Shown piece after piece: positions 10,788 through 23,560 of a stretch of DNA of 44,768 nucleotides (the stretch's first letter is position 1; each line of letters opens with the position of its first letter). The notes beneath the pieces were generated by a model. The model was not told the origin of the DNA and ran no database searches. It saw only the letters and a program-made list of their open reading frames with translations. The DNA lies in assembly GCA_022813865.1 (NCBI GenBank), contig JALDZX010000046.1, positions 124,001-168,768 on the forward strand, given 5' to 3'. The DNA is from Xylographa opegraphella (lineage: Eukaryota). Position numbers and translations under genes: made by a program.

Positions 10788-12059
10788 TCCATGTAATAAC
10801 GAGGGAAAGCCCATAGTCGTTTTCATGATTTGGAAACACAAGCGTGTCATGCTCCGACTATAGGTATCCCCTTGTTCTTTTAACTCGCATTTGACTCTAA
10901 TATATGAATAAACCTGTATCTTCAGCCCAATTGATGAATCATGGGGACGCTAGATATCCTTGAAGCTTTTTACATGTTTTATAATGGTTATCAACAGGTT
11001 CAGAACGAAAGCGTTGAATCAGAAAGCTGATTTACACATACCACATAGCGTTATATAATATCATATACGTATAATGATCACGCCCTGCTATTGTTATTCT
11101 TCATTTCCTTCCTATCCCGCAACTGATCAAAACACAGGTTTGTTCTTGATAGTTTGATCTTTGCTCGACGATCTCTCGAGAGTCATTACAGCAGCAGAAG
11201 GTCGTCCCAAAGTCTCCTTTACAATGATCAGCACAGAGATGGCACACATTGTAAGGTCTCCAGGGCTATCAAGGCTGATTAGACCTGACGTCAAAGGTAG
11301 TAATTCTCCATCTGTATACAGATGGTCCGCCACTAACATGGGCGAAGCTGCACCAATAGAAGTATTTTGCGAATTCAACAAGCACACATTGTGCAACTGC
11401 AACAACAAAGCCTATTGCATACGAAACCAATGCAACTGCTCGAGGACTGCCGTCTGTTTTCCGTATCCGAGGGCATATCTTCGGAGTATACTCCATCAGG
11501 CTTCCATTAGATAGTTTATAATCTCGACTAACATTCTCTCAGGAGGAGTACAAAAAGCATCGGCTTACATCGACGCTTTGATGCCAACAAATGTAAAAGT
11601 TGAGGCATCAAATGAACTTACGAGTAGAAAAACACAAGGTAAAGAGAGTAATCTGAATGATCTGATACATATGCTCTGAGCTTGACGCTATAGACACTGT
11701 ACTAGGAGAAGATGGCGAGGATACGAAAGTGCACACTTGCAGCAATACTCGCAGCAGCCTTGGCGTCAGCGAGATACTTGACAAGATACCTCATTTGGAT
11801 GAGGAGGACTGGATATGCTAAATTAGGAGAGAAACTAAACAGTCGGAGTAGGGCACTTTTCATGGCCTAATGATGCATGCCTTTCCACATGTAACCGTAT
11901 TAGAACGCGGTTTTCCGGAATACTCTGTACTGTATGCGCTTGAGTATTGTGGCTCCAGTCATCACGACACCTGGCAAATGGCCTATCATGTCGTGGTGGT
12001 ATCCTGATATGTGTTTGAATCACGCTCTGATCAAGATTTGCTCACGGGTAAGTTTCGAT

Positions 12060-13006
12060 TTATATTGCCCCAAGCTCTTTCAGCTTGGCAATCATTCCAT
12101 CTACATCCTTCACTTTGCCTCCGCCCTTCCTTGGAGGCGGTTCTGTCACATGTTAGTAAATAATCTCTAATTCTTTGGCTGTAGGTCCTCCAATGATCAT
12201 CAGCTGGTACATACCCATGACCTTCAACGTCTTTAACCTCGTCTTTGCATCTAACCCTAAGTCTTCCAATGACATCTTCTCCAGCTTCTTCTTCTTGGCT
12301 TTCATGATATTAGGTAAGCTTGCATACCGTGGCTCGTTCAGCCTGAGGTCTGTTGTTATTATCATGGGAAGCTTTGCCTTAAGTGTCTCCACACCCCCAT
12401 CCACCTCCCTCGTGACACTCACGTTCTCACCTTCGAACTCAACTTTGCTTGCCGATGTCGCCTGCGGCCAGTTCAAGAGACCTGCTAGCATCTGCCCTGT
12501 TTGATTGCAATCATCGTCGATACTCTGCTTCCCTAATATTACCAAGTTCCGATCTTCCTTTTCGACCACTTTTTTTAGAATCTTAGCTACCGTGAGTGGC
12601 TCTAGATCGCCTTCTTCATCCGAGTCAAACTCCACATGTATTGAGCGGTCAGCACCCATTGCCATTGCGGTCCGTAGCACGTCGGAACATTTTGTGGGAC
12701 CGGCCGAAAGGGCAAGGATGTCTGCGACAGCTATCTTTTTGCGTTCTCGGATTCGTACAGCTTCTTCTATTGAGATCTCGTCAAAAGGATTCATGGAGTG
12801 TTTGACGCCAGCCTTTTCCACCGCCGTGTTGGATTTGTTGACACGCGGCCGAATCTATGGCAGTCATGTTGGTAAGCTATTACATCTTATGACTAACGAG
12901 GAACTGCGGAATCTGATAATTGGGTAGGGGCTCAACATTATTGAGAGCTTACAGCATAATCAATGACCCTTTTGACGGGGACAAGTATCCGTAACGAGGC
13001 AGACAT
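12060..13006 (-). CDS. ETFB: Electron transfer flavoprotein beta subunit (Cir1/ETFB), 3 exons
   Basis: MSASLRILVPVKRVIDYA, intron, then ...SMNPFDEISIEEAVR...AMAMGAD...GKQSIDDDCNQTGQMLAGLL...DLRLNEPRYASLPNIMKAKKK, intron, then EPPPRKGGGKVKDVDGMIAKLKELGAI*. Confidence 0.96.
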
Positions 13007-13298
13007 GATGTTATACGGAGATCGAAATTGAGAAACAAATACTATAATCAATGGATGGTGAAATATCACCACAGCGGGGCTGAGGGAGTGATGTTCGAAA
13101 TTCCCCAATCGAACCTCGGCTAGGATATCCTATCCTAAAAATTGCACTATTCCGCAGACAGATCTATGAGTACCTATCTTTAAAGTACGTCTTATACCCT
13201 ATACCAATGAGCACGAAAACACAAGGCAGACACTCAACTATGTGACAAATGCATTTCGAAACGATTATGAGGTCAATCGCATTCGCGAAACCTATTGA

Positions 13299-14572
13299 CT
13301 AGAATTTATCCCACCCATCGTCCCCCCATTCATCCTTCACGCCGCCGCTCTTCATCGCCGCAGTCCCAATGGCGCTGCTCTTTTTCACAGCATTGCTGCC
13401 AGTCCCCAAATTTCGCTCATTGCTGGAAGATCCGAACGAATCCCAGAAGTCCTTCTTCTCCGGTTCAACTGTCCCCCTTTCCAATGTACTACTATCGCCA
13501 GTACCCTCGACAAACTTGTTAAATTGCTCTGCAGCCCCTTTCGTACCTTTTTGCACGTTTTGGGCCACAGCTGTAGCGGTGAGGCGAGCTTGTGTTGCAA
13601 GATCTGCTTCCGCAAGCTATTAATGTTTATCAGTTCTGACCAACATGCGGATAGGTGCCTTGTATCACGGGGATCCGGGTACGTGCCTTCTGCGCTGTAG
13701 GCTGTATGTATTCTTCGTTCAAAGTCTTCGCTCCCTTTCCTACCGTAGCAGTAAACCACCCAAACCCCTTGGTTAGGGCCGCCACAGGATCTTTCTGGAA
13801 CTCGTCCACGCCGGGTATAAACGTGGTCCCTTTTCCGCTACTGCTACTGGGCTCTGACATTGTACCCCCAAAGCCTGTGAACTTCCCTCCTTGATTTGGC
13901 GGCAGATCCGCCGGCCTCGTGGCATTCTCGTTTCCAAGCTTCGCAAAGTATGCCTCATTCTTCTCCTTCCGTCCTCCCAGTCCACTGACAGCAGGTGAAC
14001 CAGATCTAGCTGGCGATGCACCTCGCAGCGGAGTTGTGCTTCTCTCCATCGCAGGAATGACCTTCCTCTCCTTCTTCAGCGGCACGTACTCTCTCCCGTC
14101 CACCTTCGCACTCAGTCTCTCCTTGTACTCTTCCCCAACGACTCCAGTATACTTTTCTTCAACGCCCATAGTCTCCCAGGCTCCCTTTTGGCCCGCTCCA
14201 CCTTCAGTATGGCCTTCCCAGAACTCCTTCCACCGAGTATTGCCTCCCTCTTCCATGCGCCTCACCTCGCCAACCTTAAAACTATCCATGCTAATGCTAC
14301 GTACAAACGAGATGTGTACGCCAAGGCCGCGATGTATGCCGGCGCATGAGAGGCAGATAAAGGTGCCGAATTTGGGCGAAGCCCATTGTGGGGAGGGGGC
14401 GCCGCAGTCGATGCAGCTGGTGTTGCCTGAAAGCTTTTGGAGGGCAAGGAGCTGCGAGACTGATTAGTTTCTGCGGCAATAGTGTCAATTGGTTGCTAAA
14501 AGAGCCGCCATATCGGTTGGAAAGGAGAGAAAAGTCTACTTTGCTCTTTGTCTCTGGATCGACTTCCCACAT
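13299..14572 (-). CDS. GCS1: ADP-ribosylation factor GTPase-activating protein (Gcs1/ArfGAP1), 3 exons
   Basis: MWEVDPETKSK, intron, then the ArfGAP zinc finger CIDCGAPSPQWASPKFGTFICLSCAGIHRGLGVHISFVRSISMD. It also has the ALPS-like ALTKGFGWF segment and a DEWGDDGWDKF tail. Confidence 0.95.
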
Positions 14573-15223
14573 ATTTAGTCCGGGCGCATCTATTCAGGGC
14601 GTTGATCTGAGAAAAAGGGAATTGAGCTCAACCGACCAACTCCATTGTGTCTGAAAATAATCAGCTAATCATGCGGAACAGATCGTGCCTGTTTCGGGGA
14701 CGGGATTGAGTGATGTCAGGGGTTTTGTATTTCAGCACATTAACAAAGGGTTTTTGATCATCGAGAACATAGTTCTACGGGCAAATCACCTGCAATAAAT
14801 CGGGCTATTGATACATTCATTTTCATGATTTAACCCATCCTTGCCAACAAGCAACTTTTCCGTCCCCTTCATCCCTCAGCAGCCAAGGCACTAAAGTACA
14901 TGTGGGCATCAAGACCAGAGAGTAAAAGAACATGGCAAGAAGAGAAAGTCGTAAAGGTGTTAGTACAAGCAAAGTAAGGTAGCCTCAGTCCTGCCGGCAG
15001 ATAGTGCCTCTAGTGATCTTCTAGAAAAGAAAAACAAGACGCTCTAAATGCCATGCATGCCATCATCAATACTCCTTTGCCACAAAATACCATCACGCAA
15101 ACACACTCCTAGGTCCAAGAAGACATCCACTACTTGTGGCCAATAGCCTTTCGGTATTTCAACTACCTTATGAAGATTCAATAAGAGAGACGAAATACGA
15201 GTGTGGCCTGGCAGCTATTGCAC

Positions 15224-16495
15224 TTAAGCGGTAGCGGTGGAAGGAGGGTCATTAGCTTGTACGACTCCGTTCTCTTTTAGCGGTTCGATTCCAGCAGCTT
15301 GAGGATCAACATCTTCTTTGCCCGGACTGTCAATTGCAACCTTGACCGCGATCTCACGACCGTCGATTTCTTTACCGTTCATTTCATTGACAGCCTTCTG
15401 TTGCATCTCCTCTGACTCAAGAGACACGAAGCCGAATCCGCGACCTTTGCGTGGCTCGTTACGAGCTTGTAGCTTCTTGACCATAAAGCGAGGAATAGGA
15501 CGAAGAGCGATCTTAGCCGCGGATGGATTATACGGGCCGAAAAGTTCTTTGAGCTATTGCGAATTATTAGCCACTCTGGATCACAAAGAAAATCCTTGCA
15601 AACACTAACCTTTTCTTCGCTGAGGTCATATGGAAGGTTAGCAACCATGACCTTATTCTTCGAAGGAATTCCGTCCTCGGGAGGTCCGCGCTGCTTCGGT
15701 TGACGTGGGCCACGTGGTTTGGTATCGCGCGTTGTGTCAACGCCTTCTTGCATGTTCTGCGTGTTAAGAGCTTCGCTCGTGGCGTCGGTCAAGGGCAGAA
15801 CTTCGCCGTCAGGAAGTGCGCTGTTTTCGGCATTACCTTGACGCTGGATTATCAAGCAAGCATCAGCCTTTGACTACGCAAAACTCCAGAAGCAGAACTC
15901 ACGCGACCACCGCGGCCACCACGTCCTCCACGACCACGACCCCGTCCGCGACCACGATTAGAGTTCCGTCTACGTCCTTCACCACCACTGATGCCTTCGC
16001 CACCGCTCGCAGCTGCTTCAGCCTTCTCAGCTGCGGTCTCTGGCTTACGTGCAAGCTGAACAGAAACCTTGCGGCTTAGGATCTCCTTCCCAGAAAGCTC
16101 GGAGATAGCACGGTCAGCTTCAGTGGAAGTAGAGAGATCTACGAACGCATAGCCAACTGGACGAGTGGTGCGAGGGTTAGTGGGGATCGAGGTAGACTCG
16201 CTGGAATGAGTCAGCTTCATTCACATTTCTGAATACGTGAGTAGGACTAGAATGGGGTGACTCACACAAGGTACCCTTTGAAGAACTCGTTGAGATCCCC
16301 CTCAGTAGTCGCGTACGCGAGGTTCCCAATGTAGAGACGACGTCCCTCGGCCACGATGGCGAGGACGGCTTCATTCTGAGCGGCGTTGATAGGTTCGCCG
16401 CCGGCAACGTTGTTGGCACCAGCCGCAGGATCCTGGACATGATCCTTGACCGTAGTTGCAGCCATGGACTCAGTGAGGTTGTTAACAGCAGACAT
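15224..16495 (-). CDS. RNA-binding protein, RRM-RGG-RRM architecture (Sbp1-like), 4 exons
   Basis: RRM1 RLYIGNLAY...VGYAFVDL, an RGRGRGRGRGGRGGRGGR box and RRM2 KVMVANLPY...RGFGFVSL. Introns lie at ~16202-16265, ~15842-15902 and ~15555-15609. Confidence 0.9.
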
Positions 16496-17068
16496 GTTAC
16501 TTGAAATGTTAGGATTAAAGGTGTTGTCTGAGTTTGTGCTGTGCTTGAAGCTCTGGGAGATTGAACGAGGGGGAATAGGGTAGCTAGGTGCCCTAGATAA
16601 CTTTGAGGGGGTTTTGAGGTTGAAAGTTGTTGACTGAACTGACTTTGTCTTGAGATAGTGAGGAAAGAAAGCAGAAGAAAGCTCAGTAAAGGAGGAAGGG
16701 GCAGATCAAAATTCACGCTTCGCTTAACTTTTGGTCAGAACGCTAATGCTTGTTGCGTTAGACGCATGCGGCTATTGATAGGCCAGGGCCTGAGCTGTTT
16801 GCGGAGCCTCTAAATTGCAGATGACGATATACATACCAAAATATCCTTTCGACGGCGGCAATTTCGTGGTCGATTACAAGAAAGTGAACGCAACTGGCCA
16901 CATCCAGTACTGTCGGAACGCTGTGAATCAGATCGTGAGAGATATCTGACTGCAACGAACCACCGTTCCATTTGTACGTGTTGCTTCCCTAGTGAACGGC
17001 GTTGAGATGAATCGTCACGAAGCGCATACTATTTTCTGCAGCGGTCGGCGTTTCTTGGATAGCTCACC

Positions 17069-19179
17069 ATGAGTAATGACAGCATGGGGGAAGGGTATGT
17101 GGCAGAACGCCGCAGGGCTCTGGTGCTGTATGGCTCTGAGACTGGCAATGCGCAGGACATTGCAGATGAGATGGGACGAATGACAGAGAGGTTGCGTTTC
17201 TTGACTAAGGTTGTTCATCTGGACGCTGTCGAGCCTGTATGTCACTACTTACTCCGCTGCGAGGGACAAAAAATACTGACAGAGTCAGAGTATTCTATTG
17301 GACTATAGCGTGATTCTTATTTCTATATCTACGGCCGGACAGGGTGACTTACCCAACAATGCTCGCCGATTTTGGAGCATGTTACTCCGCAAGAAACTGC
17401 CACAAACTTATCTCCGAAATGTCCAGTTCGCGGTTTTTGGCTTGGGAGATAGCTCATATCCCAAGTACAGGCAGCCCTTCATCCTTATTCAACCACTACA
17501 TTAACACTGCATTCAGATACAACTTCGCAGCGCGTAAATTGCAACGAAGATTGACTCAACTTGGCGCAGAAGAACTCTTCTCTCATGGTGAAGGGGACGA
17601 GCAACATCCAGAAGGGTATTCAAAGCTTGGCGATATTCTATAGAATTTACCGACTGACTTCAACCTTAGGTATGAGTCTTCTTTTATCCCATGGCTGAAA
17701 AGTCTCCATGAGCATTTGTTAGTACAATACCCCTTACAGGATGGAGTGGAGCCCATTCCAAGCAGTCGATTGCTCCCACCAAAGGTGATCCTTACCCTTG
17801 ATGGGAAAGACAAGATTATGAATAGACAGTCTGCACATATTCTCGAAAGCTTTCCAACAGATCACGTAACGATCAAGAAAGCCACAGTGCCGCGGGCGCC
17901 AGCTCTTAGTAAATTCGGGTGTGGCAAGCAAGATATAAATTCTCCTGTAGAGCTGAAAGTTACGCTTGAAAAAAACCAGCGCATCACTCCTGATGATCAT
18001 TGGCAAGATGTTCGTCACCTTCAATTATCGGCCAATGGATCTTACAGCTATGGGCCCGGCGACGTTATTACAATTTCCCCCCAAAATGCCCCTGAAGATG
18101 TCGATCAGATCATAGATCTCATGGGATGGAATGATATTGCAACACTGCAGATATGGGTTTTGTCACAAGGCGAACCCATATCTGACATTCCTCAAGTTTC
18201 TTCTTTGGTTGACGACCACGATTCCAAACTCACTCTGCGATCGTTGCTAACTGATCATGTCGACCTGAACGCCATCCCACGTCGCTCATTTTTCTCTCTT
18301 ATCGTCAATTTCACTACAGACGAATTCCAAAAGGAAAGACTGCTGGAATTCACAGACCCAACATTCACCGATGAACTCTATGACTACACTACCCGTCCAC
18401 GGCGCAGCATTCTGGAAGTTTTACAAGAGTTCGACACTGTTAAGATACCTTGGCAATGGGCTGCTGTTGCATTTCCAAAGCTTCGGGGACGGCAATTCAG
18501 TATCGCAAGTGGAGGAGAACTTAAGTACGGCGAGAATGGCGCAACGCGTTTTGAGCTTCTCGTGGCTATTGTCAAGTACAAGACTGTGATCAAGAAGGTC
18601 CGTCAAGGAATTTGCACTCGATATCTGGCAGGATTACTTCCCGGGACCTCATTACGGGTGTCATTACAAAGGGGAGACTTGGGCATTGCAAAGGCTGATG
18701 CCAGCAAGCCAATTCTCATGATCGGACCCGGTACTGGAGTCGCCCCAATGCGGTCGTTAATTTGGGAGAGACTACACTGGACACATCTCTTACAAAAGTC
18801 TACCAATGGTGCTGTATTGGGCAAAGCCATTCTACTTTATGGCTGCCGCAATTATAAGGCGGACTTCTTTTTTGGTGGCGAATGGGAACATTTGAAGCGA
18901 AAGATACCCTTAGAAGTCTTCACAGCATGCTCGCGTGACCAAATAGAAAAGAGGTACGTCCAGGATCTAGTTAGAGAACAGAGCAAGCTTGTCTATAAAC
19001 TTCTCCACGAGACTAGTGGCATTGTCTATGTCTGTGGCTCTTCTGGGAAAATGCCCTTGGCTGTCCGTGAATCCCTAGTTGAAGTTTTCCAACATAACGG
19101 CAGTATGGACAGAGATCACGCTGAAGACTATTTAACGCGCATGGAGAAAGAAGGCAGATACAAACAAGAAACATGGTAA
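17069..19179 (+). CDS. TAH18: NADPH-dependent diflavin oxidoreductase 1 (Tah18/NDOR1), CIA-pathway electron donor, 4 exons
   Basis: Flavodoxin motifs LYGSETGNAQD, STAGQGD and FGLGDSSYPK; FAD motif RQFSIAS; NADPH motifs IGPGTGVAP, YGCRN and YVCG; C-terminal RYKQETW. Confidence 0.95.
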
Positions 19180-19219
19180 GAAAGACCGCTATCATGGTCC
19201 AATCAATTACCTAAATCTT

Positions 19220-20317
19220 TCATATTGCATTATATACAACTTCTCGTGCTTTGTCCAGCCAAGTTTGCACACTTGTCATAGACGAGCATGCATATGGCTT
19301 CGAACGTGGTGGTCGGGAGATCATCAAGGTACGTGGGAAATCCCATAAGAGTACAGTCGCAGCCCATCGCAGAGTGCCGTCGACCGGGACGTTCAGTTCA
19401 TGTTGAACTTGAATTTGCTGATGCCTGCGGTATCCGATCGAGTCAACTTCGTCCGCAGCATCCTTTTGGAAGAGCAGGTTGTATTCTTCGAGGTATAGTC
19501 TCCATAGGACTCGATCGAAATAGTCTGGACGTAACCAGAACATATCATTCGTGAGATCTGGGCCGCGATATTTCACGGGACTCAGCCGCCTAGCCCTTGC
19601 AGTTGACAGACTTGCTTTCAAGAAAAGTCTCACATCTAAAGCATCAAAAATTTCGGGGTCATTGTAAAGAAAAGGTCCTTCAATGATGACAACAGCACCT
19701 ACACTTTCAAATCCAACAGACCGGAGCATAAGCGCTTGAAGACCTTTGATAAGTACATTATCAACCAATGCCAAGGCTGTAGTTCGTTCTGCGATATCAT
19801 GGTGCTGTGTTCGGAAGCTTGGTGGGAGGATACCGTTATGATTGACATAACGATACAAGCGCGAAAACCCGTTGGTATCTACCTCTTGATCATGTTTGCC
19901 ATCCTGCTCCAGATCAGCTGGATCACCTGGAACCAGCAAATGTGTCGGTTTCTGATAATCGTCTTGGTGTATGACGGTCACTCTGGCTGTGGAAGGCATG
20001 ATGCAGGACAACAGATGAGCGAGCGTGGTCTTTCCTGCTCCAGGTGCGCCAGAGATACCAATCCATACAGCAGAAGACTTGCAAGGAGAAGCCTCCAAGA
20101 CGTCAGTGTTCGTGAGATGGGATTTAGAAGCTAAAACCCCCTCTTGAGCGACGGCTGTTTTAGTATACATAATAGACGTGTCGTTGGGTAGCCTTTTTCT
20201 GGTCTTAGTCGCAAGTTTTGATGATGGCTTTGCTATTGCTTGCGATTTCTTTGATGTTGCGGCAACTTCCTCCGGTTCTGCCAGCTCTCGGACGGGAGTT
20301 GGAGCTACACCTACCAT
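19220..20317 (-). CDS. P-loop kinase, nicotinamide riboside kinase / uridine kinase-like (diverged); start uncertain
   Basis: Walker A IGISGAPGAGKTT, IHQDDY, VIIEGPFLY, LDVRLFL and YFDRVLW motifs of the NRK1/uridine kinase family. Confidence 0.8.
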   Translation of the reverse strand: MVGVAPTPVRELAEPEEVAATSKKSQAIAKPSSKLATKTRKRLPNDTSIMYTKTAVAQEGVLASKSHLTNTDVLEASPCKSSAVWIGISGAPGAGKTTLAHLLSCIMPSTARVTVIHQDDYQKPTHLLVPGDPADLEQDGKHDQEVDTNGFSRLYRYVNHNGILPPSFRTQHHDIAERTTALALVDNVLIKGLQALMLRSVGFESVGAVVIIEGPFLYNDPEIFDALDVRLFLKASLSTARARRLSPVKYRGPDLTNDMFWLRPDYFDRVLWRLYLEEYNLLFQKDAADEVDSIGYRRHQQIQVQHELNVPVDGTLRWAATVLLWDFPRTLMISRPPRSKPYACSSMTSVQTWLDKAREVVYNAI

Positions 20318-23056
20318 TGCAAAGTCTTTGGCGAGAATCGTACTGGTTGTCCCCGAAGCGTGGGCTGGCGAAGCGGATCTCTTGTGCGCACGCCCTCGGC
20401 TCGGTGATCGTGAGATCGTGCGTGGCTGTGGAATCTTCAGGCCGAGAAGACCTTTGATGCCGCTGTCTATTCGGAGCGTTGGTATGCAATAATGGTTCTT
20501 AAGAATTGATTGAGTGATGATGGGTGGTGATGGTTTGTAAATGATATACTAAAGGTCCTCGAACACGGAGAATCTGTTAGTCGAAATGAATCATTCGTTT
20601 TAGGAATGTCAGAAAATATCTCCCACTCGGTGTGAATCATTCCTGGCTATAAACATCATCTTCGTGTAGGCTACATTTGCAAATTGCTGTCATATTTGCT
20701 ATTTGCGAACCCCTTCACAATCATAGCAAAAGTCACTGCTAGCATCACTAGCTTTTGATATCTCTGCCCATTGTCATAGCCGTAACTCTTTTGATCACAC
20801 CGTGAAAGAATTTCTGATAGCATAGATGCATCTAAGGCTCTCGATCTCTCTACTCCTTACTAAAATCTTATAGATTGCCTCGCATATCACGAAACCCAGA
20901 TTGCTGAAACGAGTCTTGATGACGAATACTTGTCCTCTTCGTCCACAGAGGCGTCACAGATCCTTATGACAGCCAGATCAACAGTCTTCTCTACTAATTA
21001 GTAGAAAAGTTTGTGCGCATATCTTCAAGCCCAACATCTACTATGTACAAAGGCAGTAGATAGCACTACGTACCGCAGTACCTTGTGTAAGGTAGTCAAC
21101 AATTCGGCTAGGACTAGACTATCCTAATTAGGTAGGATTGGCGTGTCGCCTATAGCATCTCACAAGGCCATCAGAACCTCAGATCTCAGCCTTCCCATCT
21201 TGCACGCTGTTGACTGTTCCCTCTGCGAATACAGCGACCAGAATGACTCTCCGAAGTTGCCGAAGTTATGGCAGGAACGGGTCCTTTCCTCTTGTTGCGT
21301 TATGGTCACATATCTTTCAGTGGCTCCATGAACCATCTCGAGACTCATTGATGAAGGCTATCTATGAAATGGAGCGGTCTGGACCCACTCAAACTTGGAG
21401 CCGCTGCTGATCGTTTGGTCCACAACGTGGCAGGCACGGCTGAGATCGTCCAGATATGTGGATGCATGTATTCAAGTATACGTACATCCAACCCGGGCGT
21501 TCACCCACATCTCCTTGCGCATCCTATCGCCGCCAAGAACCATTAGCTCTTTCTCCCTACGCAACATCTGCTAAGTGGGACTTCGGTTTAGATTGAGCGG
21601 TAAAGAGCTATTCAACACGCTGCTTAGCTGTAAAGCGCCAGAGCAATTACGGGCAGCGCCGTTATCGCAATGGCCATTGATCCGGGTTGCATTGCCACGT
21701 GTGCCGACGTTCTGGTATTCCTTCGACGCATGACATGTGGAGAAAAAGCTTTAGTGACGAAGTAACGAGTATGGGGCAAACATGAATGCTGCAGGGAAAT
21801 ATCTATGCGGATTGCGGATTGCGGGTTCGCCGAGAGAACTCATACCACGTGGTAATATCGACATGATGCGTCCTACAAGTGTTATTCCGGTCCCTTCAAG
21901 AGGCTTTAGCATTCTATCCGACCTTGGCCTAGGTGCCGGTTGCTCTCACTTTATTACGTCGCTATGACCAGCCAAGAAGGAGAAAACCCCATTATATCAC
22001 GGGCCACATGCTACGGACTCTCCGAGCCACCGAAGTTCACCGTACTGCCCAATCCACTTGTTATTGCCCTGGGATTCATATAATCTGTTAGTCGCGGCAA
22101 ACTAAAAGTTGCTGCCGCTTCGTTTCACACGCCCTTCATAACATACCAACCGCGTCATTTGTCTGTTGCAGGGTGATCATCTGACTGGGATAGGCCACAT
22201 TAGGGCTTGTGAGCCTCTACCGAGGTCTCCGTATACTATGGGACTATCGTGTATTCCCGGGAACTGGTTCAAACGAGGCGTGGTGTTCCCAAAGGTGACT
22301 GTTCCCAGAGACTCACATGATGCCATCCAAGCCCCTTTCCGGGCCTCAACAAATTTCTTCAAGCTCTGTGTACTTTCTGCTGCGGCTTGGGTGACGACAG
22401 GAGTCAACAAAACCCTGCTATATGCCTCACATTCGCCTACGCCTAAATGCTCATCATGACATTGTTCTGCGTGGAGTACTTGCTGTTCAGGTAATGATAG
22501 GCTTCTTCCTTCGTTGTCGTGTACATATTACAATGTATACAGCGCTTACTACCAGACTCACGAGCTATCTCAGTATTACACAATGGGCGTCGTGCGTCGT
22601 TATTACACATGGATGCCGGGCACGTATGTCGATGGCCAAAGCAACATCAGGGCTGGCACTGCTTTATCTTCGAAAAGCCTTGGCACGATGCTCGACAGGT
22701 ATGTATATATGACTGCGAAAGCATCTCAAACATTCCTTTGCTCCATAGCAAGCTTATTCGAACCTTACCAACACCTTTATTCCTGTACACCTGTGTCATC
22801 TCAAGATCCTTCATTCAGACAAACGCAAGGTTTATAGCACAACTCTACATTATCTACCTCTTTTTGTCGCTGTTCCAATATCGACGGCTATATCTCAAGT
22901 CAGGCTTTCTTTTCAAATTTACAAGTCACAACGCGTGGCATATCATATATATTTAGACTGTTTTCAACCACTCGTCTTTGTCTTTCAATCAAACAATTTG
23001 TCCACAACTCCACTCAACTTATTCCCCTCGGTGCCATATTGCTCGCTTTATCGACA

Positions 23057-23560
23057 ATGATAGCTACAGACGTCTGCATATGCTATGGCTCCATCTCCCC
23101 AAATTTGATCGCCAATGCGGATGTCGGGCATTCGGGGTACTGCCATCACAACCCTAATTTTGCGAATGAGCTTTTGACGCCCGTACCGACTCCGAGTATT
23201 CCAGGTTTTACCCCACGATATTCACCATTCCCGAACAATACTGCATTTACAAGCGAACGCAATATGACTGCGGACTGTCACCCCGACCGACAGTACGGAC
23301 GTTTGAGCCTGAGTACTCTCGGTCGACCACTAAGCATAACGAACATGTCTACGACTTGTTCGACTGGAATGTCAATAGGTTCCTCCTTTGGTTATGAAAG
23401 AAGTGCAATTGAGTCACTCATGTGTGCAAAGCCACCACCCACGGTAGGATGGTGGGAGTGTCATTCTTGCCATTGGGCAAATAATCCTTCGCTGTACCCA
23501 AGGATCTGTTCAAATTGTAACCATAAGAGGTGTTCATCCTGTACTGTGCGGAGTTATTGA
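23057..23560 (+). CDS. Small hypothetical protein with C-terminal Cys/His zinc-ribbon module (WxCxxC...CxxCxHxxCxxC, module B); true start uncertain
   Basis: The C-terminus reads GWWECHSCHWANNPSLYPRICSNCNHKRCSSCTVRSY*. There are several in-frame ATGs (23057, 23263-23420 region). Confidence 0.6.
   Translation: MIATDVCICYGSISPNLIANADVGHSGYCHHNPNFANELLTPVPTPSIPGFTPRYSPFPNNTAFTSERNMTADCHPDRQYGRLSLSTLGRPLSITNMSTTCSTGMSIGSSFGYERSAIESLMCAKPPPTVGWWECHSCHWANNPSLYPRICSNCNHKRCSSCTVRSY

Noticed and set aside
11100..11670. Minus-strand signal-peptide-like start (MYQIIQITLFTLCFST|gtaagt) and a Cys-rich tail (FCCCND...TCVLISCG) suggesting a secreted CFEM-like protein
   Set aside because: I could not assemble an open spliced frame linking the pieces, and the Cys spacing does not fit CFEM.
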